DNA of 64,000 nucleotides from Oopsacas minuta. Taxonomy: Eukaryota; Animalia; Porifera. Shown here piece by piece: positions 57,701 to 64,000 of this stretch. The stretch is taken from contig JAKMXF010000313.1 of the NCBI GenBank assembly GCA_024704765.1, positions 279,450-343,449 on the forward strand, given 5' to 3'. The translations under genes and the position numbers were made by a program. Each line of letters opens with the position of its first letter. Positions within the stretch are counted from its first letter, which is position 1. A model generated the notes under the pieces. The model was not told the origin of the DNA. It saw only the letters and a program-made list of their open reading frames with translations, and made no database searches.

Positions 57701-58276
57701 GGTCAAGTTAGGTGCATTAGAGACGGGCTAGATAATATTAAGGTGGAAGTTAACTCTATAGACGGCTTTCAAGGCAAGGAAAAAGAAATAATCGTATTTA
57801 GCACAGTACGAAACACTAAGGGTAGTGAATTAGCGTTCATAAAGGATCATCACAGAATAAATGTTCTTCTAACCAGAGCTAAACGAGCTCTCATTGGAAT
57901 TGGGAATCAAAACACGCTAAGTAGATCTGAGATTTGGGATAAGTGGACTAGATTATACCTTAGGACTAATAGTGAATACGGCAATGGTCACATTGAGCCA
58001 CAATCCAAAGAAGATAATAAACAGAATGCACCGTTTGATGCCGCCAATACTACTAAGCCTAAGGTTGGCAAACCTCCTCAAATGCATACCTACTCTAGAA
58101 ACAAGTCTGATAACTACAACCCTACCAGAGAAAGAGATCACACAGACCACCTGTATAAGCACTCAGATCGAGTCACAACAATCAATTTGACTCCAAAAAA
58201 AAAAATTTCACAGAAAAAGAGGAAATATGGTGGAACAGGCAAACCTGAAAATATTGATTCTTCTGAGAAGGATTGA
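51764..58276 (+). CDS. NadR/AAA_28-type P-loop + RNA-dependent RNA polymerase + Upf1-like SF1 helicase fusion (2170 aa)
   Basis: N-terminal GASSVGKTT, EVAR and SDRG. RdRP motifs FTDGCG, QIRFQGFKG, KNPC and GSDLDGDEYFVCWD (DLDGD at 53693-53707). Helicase motifs GPPGTGKT (56819-56842), DEATQ, GDPKQL, QHRMHP, TPYTGQV, IDGFQGKE and NVLLTRAK. Confidence 0.93.
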   Translation: MSKIILCGASSVGKTTLSNDWCKRNKEYAQIQEVARDVMTEKGITRDHMTKSLRTDKKLFFDLQKSIFVEQNKRETSLGDTQFISDRGPDPLVYTFLEDEDEAHALFEHGAVEGCFNLYRKSLVVLLCPLDNSVDDGFRLVQSTEEQYQFTDGLHRVLQKYNVPYITMNERDREKRLEILKLAVRGQLPISADQFKAQLRLTFYMDREATKNDRYYPPCLPMIKQGKEARIRTFDINPNDILLTRPPMDNYQTNRMVDRYGEDNFVLIQFHRKLSESYIREVLQKGIYVNGDEYQFLGCSSTGLKVKKCYFLKGNVKHIEDVLLECGNFLKINMVSKRLKRISLLFSVAINTGVIVPDNKVKVIDDIENKEGNFTDGCGFVGLALAEKLAKASNATINSPEDKVPAVFQIRFQGFKGILIKSPHIDKDSIQVRKSMQKFFPGTDPFQEVWVCKHSRPNSYGHLNIQFIVLLSGLGIADEVFLKKQEEFFSVVENMLVKREYAIKLLNWRDYPDVAMFVARCTSNEEMKNNVSVQNTLKFIRTKLIDKMDKLSIPVIKSRTLFGVCDPLGLMQYGECFVRISVNGSPQTLQHGMSVTVGKNPCYLLGDVRVLKAVDYPELNHLVDCIVFPVKGVRPHSVEIAGSDLDGDEYFVCWDAALIPRRIVAPYSYPSIDAPPSDKVTRAMMIDYFSSMTDMMGKINNCFQYWADTVGPGCKECEELGAWFSRSVDSSKTGDKVRLPNYLKPPRNNPPQEVAEKVWVKMKNLALKRKKLLTKEITDDALNQEITDDALNQEITDDALSQEITDDALSQEITDDALTKQSSISAIPEDFITNLLQDNDRGISEYKVFCLMYKWCDSLQLNDADKLEKIRTLSDYINFGKLTMKERIEAIQLGVPRAKVMNALNKSKLLNKQMLKSFYFDLPSCGWKFYLRESSADFDWRHLFRAINGYPESLLILQLQDGHIQYRLGFHFIGPFKEGESIIPAGSLTSYFFSPQFGYKLRYVTEREYNLNLTEEVIQFYRDNDVKNTFLWLRSQIKSVKGDQHVDYDRVSIDLNRFKRTILRIDRHPKINKMNFLTAEIFVKNVSIEETAYFDIYESDQPGDLFTSEFEDSELLEELPSDDEDDRDVLPIVFDTPLEALEGFAKRGDCLKFREVFESITNSEDNIPSSRLLIKAFLSLIANMVVRYSHKSSIELLKASELHRNAGAKDEWPNIQTTAQAKEPKPQTWPTVQTNEQKLQTSPASEPKVQELHASPTIQTIPTVQNNIQSTGPHVQPGPKIITGLDLPTPQHAGTKMVKDYVKIFVSIENMLNSLHITFTSPKDLLVLYSYLSRLHLYDIINKHIITSLDKIEISTHAQYFDCVFNWELWCFLSLSVSHQLSNRLYTLYLTLEDTDRSVNNEVTIPSSLQELSVTCNDPPPVDHTQLKRYKCYFAHLMLNHLLAESPGQEEYAKVKDTENSVCKLRVLPAKREVTVSTDLQSSSEEDIEDTTAVVEQVKSKKKCKPWKACFSRLNQVTSSKFSNGSYVKIRFLALSTSTHSSEPIALGRISQYSWSPASITVDILEPVPDCLKRSADLKKGFWALTLLGNVTSFKRSSKALQSLYTPGIVSILISPEAFPPNIIQQENTIDISIQQPEAVLESVKRDNPYTSFPGCNACEHRASLNQSQENAIHASLKQRLTLIHGPPGTGKTFVAAEIVHQMSHMEDKSKILVAAETNNAVDNLTRKLVDLGMLVVRVGKRNTISKDLHEHSLDHQVEMKRVELGESKKGEFQSPKLKKEILNAAEIIATTCTGAGDSDLKTIKFSYILIDEATQAIEPVSLISIAKSCDKLILIGDPKQLAPTLPEKHDQRENIPEGTPPYDALSVTLFHRLCTKLEPIFLDEQHRMHPAIAEFPSMMFYAGKLRTAVKEKDRIPPNVQFLSPNKPIIFINAETPEYRAGTSWKNPGEAELVVKIIKQLMATSECTVSDIGVITPYTGQVRCIRDGLDNIKVEVNSIDGFQGKEKEIIVFSTVRNTKGSELAFIKDHHRINVLLTRAKRALIGIGNQNTLSRSEIWDKWTRLYLRTNSEYGNGHIEPQSKEDNKQNAPFDAANTTKPKVGKPPQMHTYSRNKSDNYNPTRERDHTDHLYKHSDRVTTINLTPKKKISQKKRKYGGTGKPENIDSSEKD
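54080..54223 (+). repeat. In-frame 27-bp minisatellite, about 5.3 copies ([Q/K]EITDDAL[N/S/T])
   Basis: Unit AAGAGATCACTGATGATGCCCTGAATC, nearly identical copies, directly after the RdRP domain. Confidence 0.95.
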
Positions 58277-60229
58277 GCTTATATGTGAAGTAGGCTGCTG
58301 ATATATTACACAGTAAGGGATATTTGATATACCCAATATTTGTATACTTATTGTAAGTTCTATAGTTATATAATATGAACATGATGGCTAGTATATATAC
58401 TTATGAGAGTCTTGTTCCGTAGTTTTTGTCCCAAAGCAGAACGATGCATCTAACCGACAAAAATTTATAATCAAAAATTTTTCAATGAATAACCAGCAGC
58501 TTATAGTCTGTTTACCAAAGTATCAAAGTTCCATTATTCCAGTATTCATACACTTACACCTGGGAAATAATTGGTTATCAAAAAAATAAATGTCAAGCCG
58601 ACAGAATGGGAGTGTAACTCGGAACATTTTTCTACCCAACAAACCAGATTTGTCGTTGGATTCAAATGATTAAACACATTTGAAGTATCGGAGTAATTTT
58701 TTTATTTTTAGACATTACCCCTTGAATTTTCGCTTAAAAATGTTTGATCCCCATTCCCCAGAATATGTGCTGAATTTATCACATCCTTGCCTGTATCACC
58801 CAGATTATTGGTTGTACCCCAAGGAATTTTGGCAGCACTTCCTGTCAGATGTGCAGCTCCCGAAAATTAGAGTGAACACTGGAGTAGAGGTGTGGAATAT
58901 TATTACTCATACAATAAAGTATTTGATGAAATTGTAAAGTAAAGTTAGATTGTGACAAATCACCAAAAAGTTATGAAATTTACAATACTCTATACTCATA
59001 TGCTAACTTCACTCCTAAATGTATTATAGTAATGGGTATATTCGAAATTGTTATTTTTTCTTGGAGTGTTTGTAGTTCTTAGCATTTTGCAAATTGTTAA
59101 TGTATAAATCATGCGAGATTTTCTTTTAGGAAAGATTCCTGGTGTGTTTGGAATTCATTCATTAAATTTGAACATCATCAGTCTTGAGTCTTAAATCAAT
59201 CATTGAAATTAATTCGAATCTTTGATTTTTGAGTCAATATGTACAGCCACTTCTTTCAAAAGACTGTTTTTCAATGATAATAGATGTAATTGAATATATG
59301 AATTTGTAAGAAAATTTCATCTGTAAAACCAAAATAATTCAATTCACAATTACGATAAATACGTGTTTTTCTCCAAATTTAGCACAGAATTGAGATTCAA
59401 GAAAATATATCGTAGAATTCCGCATTTTAATATACTAAGAGGTAAATGTCAGTGTTTGAGGCATAATTTTCTCTAAAGTATGTCCCATTCCCCACTCCCC
59501 GCTTATAGGGTTCCCCGTTTATGACCCTACTTATAGATTCTACTTTATATTGGATGTATTGTACATATTTATACGCACAAATTTTATTCCTGTGCAATGG
59601 ATAATTGCTCCCAATTTTATTTTAGGGGAAACGTCATTTCCCCCCTGGATTATAGGTCAAATCCCGGGATAATCCAGGGATCCCTGGATGGTTGGCAAGT
59701 ATGCAATATAAAGGTAGCGAGTATATTCTGTCCTAGCCCACTTCATATCCGGGGGATATATTCTGGGCTAGCCCATTTCATAATCATACCGGGTATATTC
59801 AAGGAAGGGATATAATCTCAGTTATTACACCGGATATAAGAACATTATGCATGGTTGTCAACTTTTGTAAATATCTATCCGTGAGCTTTCTTTAGGAACA
59901 GTTGAATTTCTCAAGTTTTCAAAATGAAATGGATGGCTAGTAGGAATTCTACCCGCCATAATATCTTATTAGTGTGTATTTCGTATGAATCACTGAAATA
60001 AATTCAATTCCCCAGAAAAATCAAAGTGACTTTGTGTTCAAATTCGTGAGACTTGACAGCTATGATTATGTCCAGTTCCCTACTATGTTCTTTTAACCGA
60101 CATCTACTGTATTCAAGATCACCCTTCGGCTGGATAACAACCGCCCTCTAGCCAATAAAGGAGATCGAAAATTAGAGATGTACATGTATACTAATTTGAC
60201 ATCTTGATTACAATCAACGTGAAATGTCA

Positions 60230-61415
60230 TAATAAATGCTTAAAGTGAAAATAAAATGTCAGAAAGGATGTGGAGAGGTTTACAAAATGTGACACAATAG
60301 ATCCCAGAAATAGTGTCCTTTCCGAAATCAAAGGTGCGAGTAATGTAGAAAAGTAAAAGCTAACAGAACAAACGAACACGCTAGAATTTGTCTAGACAAT
60401 CCAGATGGTGGTGTTACATGTCCTTATGAGGAAGTGAGTTGTGAGACAATTGAAACAGCAAGAAAGGACGTGGACACAAATATAACTCAGAATATGATTA
60501 GTCACCAGAAATTATTGCTACATGAATTAAATCAGCTGAGAATTGGTAGCGAACAGCTGAGTTACAAAATGGATAAGAAGGGATTTGAAACAACAAACAA
60601 ACCAACCAATTTGTATAGAAATGATACAAATAATAACAAGACTATATCGATTTGTTAGCACTAGTTATCATGGTATAGCTATTCTAATCCCTCTCCTACT
60701 TATGGAGAGAGATAGGAGAACGAACTGTCTATGCAGTCACATGAACAGTCTATACAGTCACATGAACTATCTGTACAGTCACATGAACAGTCTATACAGT
60801 CACATAAACAGTCTATACAGTCACATGAACTATCTATACACTCACATGAACAGTCTATACAGTCACATAAACAGTCTATACAGTCACATGAACTATCTAT
60901 ACACTCACATAAACAGTCTATACAATCAACCAAACAGTCTATACAATCTACCAAACCTTATACACTTCTATCTACAATACAATTGGAATGGAAGATTAAA
61001 GGTGTTAAACAAAATATAGAGAACAAAGGGAATACTCTCAGTGATCCATTCTATGTAGGTTTATACAAGTGTCAGGGCTATATTGAATGGAATTGTTTGA
61101 ATGCAGATAAAGTAGGTGTTTTCATTTGTATTATGAAAGGAGCTTATGATGATAAACTACACTGGCTTATCAGATACAAATATACATTAATTCTACTCAA
61201 TCACATTAACATTAATAATAATTATGAAACACTACTCAAGTAACTAAGGAAGATTTGGAGATTTATTCTAATAGCTTCAGGAGACCTACTCAGCTGAGAA
61301 ATGATGAAGGTTTTGGATCTTCTTCATTAATTTCAAACACTGTAATATTAGAAGCTAATATTGTAAAGACAGCATAACTCTTCTAATTAAAATAGAATTA
61401 TTACCAGCATTATAA
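60230..61415 (+). pseudogene. TRAF-family pseudogene (zinc-finger remnant, coiled coil, MATH domain)
   Basis: IKCQKGCG and CPYEEVSCE remnants; MATH peptides LEWKIKGV..SDPFYVGLYKCQ..VFICIMKGAYDDKLHW continuing after a frameshift as SFRRPTQLRNDEGFG...ITLLIKIELLPAL*. Several stops and frameshifts. Confidence 0.8.
60722..60952 (+). repeat. 21-bp (heptad-coding) tandem repeat, 11 copies
   Basis: Unit GAACAGTCTATACAGTCACAT. Units 4-6 and 7-9 form a 63-bp higher-order duplication. Confidence 0.95.
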
Positions 61416-61937
61416 CTTTATTTGTATTTTTGTTTACTCTTTACTCAGAACGTATTTACCTAAACATTAGTTTATTGATTATTCCCATTATTTACAACTA
61501 ACATCTATTATTTCCTTTTCGCTACAAAGCTTGGTTTACAACTTGTCGATTCTCAATACGACTTCTTGAGATGCGAAGGAAATTTGGTTGGATTATTGGA
61601 TGATATTCATTTGTGTCCTAATCTATATGCGTGGAATTCCAGTGTTGGAGCTGTTGTTGCATATCAGAAAAACGTCTTAACCTGTCCTCTATGATTTGTC
61701 CCCACTTGAGCGAAACCCACTTGAGTGAAATCCATTAAGCCAATTATTTACTGTTTAATAAATGAATTATTTTAATAAGATTCAAAACAAGTACATAAAT
61801 GAAATGTAAGAATATTAATCACAGAGAAAATATTTGTTGGTTGTGCAATATTATGAGCAACTCCGGTTAAATATTCATCAGCACTCTTCTGTCCCAAGTT
61901 AAAAGATACGGATACCGACAATTCGCACCTAATTTGA

Positions 61938-62645
61938 TTGGGCCTACTGTATCCACTTGCCCAGCCTCAACAGATGCTCCTGGACTTTGAGAAGGGCCCG
62001 ATTACCAGCTTTGAGCATGTCTGGCCTAACACAGTAGTGAAGTGCTGCTTCTTCCACCTCACACAGAATATCTGGCGACATGTGCAGTCTGTAGGGCTGC
62101 AGTCTGCCTACACACATGACGAAGAGTTGGCTATGTGCATCCGGAGGATACCAGCCCTTGCTTTTGCCCGACCAGCAGACGTACACGATCTGTTTGATCA
62201 AGTGGCAATGGACCTCCCCCTTACGTCTGAGATAGGCGAACTAGTCGACTACTTTGAGAGGACGTATATCGGTCGCACGCTAGCCAGTGGATACCATGTA
62301 GCGGCGACGTTCCCCATCGACCTGTGGAACTACCACCTCAGCACGCCCTTCGGGCTCCCCCGTACAACCAACGCCGTGGAGGCATGGCACCACAGCTTCA
62401 ATGCCACTGTCGGCTGCCATCACCCCACCATATGGAAGTTCCTCCTAGCCCTCAAGCGTGAGCAGGGCCTAGTGGAGGTGCGGCATACTAACTACCTCGT
62501 TGGCAAGCCACCAACCAAGCGAAGGCGGTCCCAACAGAGTGAGGAAGCGTTGAAGACTCTAGTTCGTGAATATTATTCTCAAGATCGTTCTAAAATGGAG
62601 TTCTTGCAGGGTGTAGCACATCATTTCAGTCTGGGAGCCGATTAA
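61938..62645 (+). pseudogene. 5'-truncated MULE transposase, left arm
   Basis: LDFEKG, CCFFHLTQNIWR and RTTNAVEAWH are present; the first catalytic Asp region is missing. The ORF starts right after the terminus. Confidence 0.88.
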
Positions 62646-62713
62646 CATGTTAATCTAAAGGATTATCTAGCCCTCAAATACATTGATTAGAGATAATCCT
62701 TTAGATTAACATG

Positions 62714-63421
62714 TTAATCGGCTCCCAGACTGAAATGATGTGCTACACCCTGCAAGAACTCCATTTTAGAACGATCTTGAGAATAATATTCACGAACTAG
62801 AGTCTTCAACGCTTCCTCACTCTGTTGGGACCGCCTTCGCTTGGTTGGTGGCTTGCCAACGAGGTAGTTAGTATGCCGCACCTCCACTAGGCCCTGCTCA
62901 CGCTTGAGGGTTAGGAGGAACTTCCATATGGTGGGGTGATGGCAGCCGACAGTGGCATTGAAGCTGTGGTGCCATGCCTCCACGGCGTTGGTTGTACGGG
63001 GGAGCCCGAAGGGCGTGCTGAGGTGGTAGTTCCACAGGTCGATGGGGAACGTCGCCGCTACATGGTATCCACTGGCTAGCGTGCGACCGATATACGTCCT
63101 CTCAAAGTAGTCGACTAGTTCGCCTATCTCAGACGTAAGGGGGAGGTCCATTGCCACTTGATCAAACAGATCGTGTACGTCTGCTGGTCGGGCAAAAGCA
63201 AGGGCTGGTATCCTCCGGATGCACATAGCCAACTCTTCGTCATGTGTGTAGGCAGACTGCAGCCCTACAGACTGCACATGTCGCCAGATATTCTGTGTGA
63301 GGTGGAAGAAGCAGCACTTCACTACTGTGTTAGGCCAGACATGCTCAAAGCTGGTAATCGGGCCCTTCTCAAAGTCCAGGAGCATCTGTTGAGGCTGGGC
63401 AAGTGGATACAGTAGGCCCAA
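62714..63421 (-). pseudogene. 5'-truncated MULE transposase, right arm
   Basis: Translation is identical to the left arm except KFLLTLK versus KFLLALK. Confidence 0.88.
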
Positions 63422-64000
63422 TCAAATTAGGTGCGAATTGTCGGTATTCCAAAAGATAAAGTAAGGTTTCTAATATTTTCGTTGATTTGCCTGTATTTTA
63501 TATTCTTGGAATAAGCGTTTACATTTCCGATATTTATTTGAGCTAATAGCGTTTCTGTACATCCTTGCTCTCTAATGAGTTTTGACACAAATTCATAGAT
63601 ATTCGCGTGTGCCTTTACAATCGTTCTATTTAATCTTAAATGCCAACATTCCAGATTATTATTTGTTCTTCGTTCTACTCCATACATATTCCAAAGTTTA
63701 TGGTTCACAGTTTCAATCCAGTACTGTTGAAAATAGTTTACAAGTGCTTGCAATTCATCAGGGTATTCGTGCTTTAGATCTTGAAATGTTTGAGGGATAA
63801 GTTCAACCGGTATAAAGGCCAAGGCAAGAAGCTTTCGTATATACCTATATATTTTAGGATTTTCTTCAGAAGTATAAAATTGAGATAGGCCCAAAATTTG
63901 TACCTTGCGATAAACTGCTTGGCAAAAATGGAAATAGCATCCACGGATACAGGCTGTAGGAATTCCAATCTAATGCTGGCTATCAGTCCGCTTTCAAAAT

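Larger units (their letters stand above)
61909..63450. mobile_element. Fold-back Mutator derivative A: 757-bp inverted arms, 22-bp loop, TSD AAAAGATA
   Basis: Arms 61912-62668 and 62691-63447, with one internal mismatch seen (62448/62911). Termini CGGATACCGACAATTCGCACC / GGAATACCGACAATTCGCACC. TSD at 61901-61908 and 63451-63458. Confidence 0.93.
61695..64000 (-). mobile_element. Mutator-like element B (AT-rich); 3' part, continues past the window end
   Basis: DFESGL, then a frameshift near 63960, then GCYFHFCQAVYR...RRTNNNLECWH...LTLSF | insertion | NLGQKSADEYLTGVAHNI. 15-bp subterminal repeats CCCACTTGAGYGAAA at 61701-61730. Confidence 0.82.

Noticed and set aside
60700-60954. Cys-rich metallothionein-like ORF (CIDC repeats) on the minus strand
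   Set aside because: It is the antisense reading of the 21-bp repeat in the TRAF pseudogene.
61909-63450. Fold-back as a pure assembly or read artefact
   Set aside because: It is flanked by a TSD, its termini differ, and excision restores the host MULE B frame. An artefactual fold-back would not be expected to do this. Read-level confirmation is still needed.
1-64000. rRNA or tRNA genes, and the remaining 60-140-aa ORFs in the track
   Set aside because: No rRNA or tRNA signatures were recognised by eye. The small ORFs are antisense or alternate-frame shadows of real genes, or lie in repeats.

Overview
AT-rich, transposon-dense eukaryotic (animal) DNA in which the recognisable genes read as single uninterrupted ORFs. 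The compact organisation and the expanded NHL/TRAF-type genes suggest a sponge such as the hexactinellid Oopsacas; this is inference only. Host-type genes: XPA, CZIB/C1orf123, a bacterial-type MBL persulfide-dioxygenase with two rhodanese domains, a DGAT2/MOGAT-family acyltransferase, WDR70, JMJD4, a DEDDh exonuclease, an ADAM protease, a CLASP-like protein, an NHL-repeat protein and a TRAF pseudogene. Three orphan ORFs are also present. The standout CDS is a 2170-aa fusion of a NadR/AAA_28-type P-loop domain, a cellular RNA-dependent RNA polymerase (DLDGD) and a Upf1-like SF1 helicase. The standout structure is a 1.54-kb near-perfect fold-back of a deleted Mutator transposase. It has its own target-site duplication, is inserted in frame-restorable fashion into another Mutator transposase gene, and resembles the maize Mu killer hairpin locus. 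Also present: a three-level nest (apparently intact Harbinger inside hAT inside a TA-flanked Tc1/pogo-type MITE), several hAT MITEs with 8-bp TSDs, a Helitron-like family ending in CTCG|T, and HINE/DINE-1-like elements. No rRNA, tRNA or CRISPR was recognised. All coordinates and alignments were done by eye; no database searches were run.
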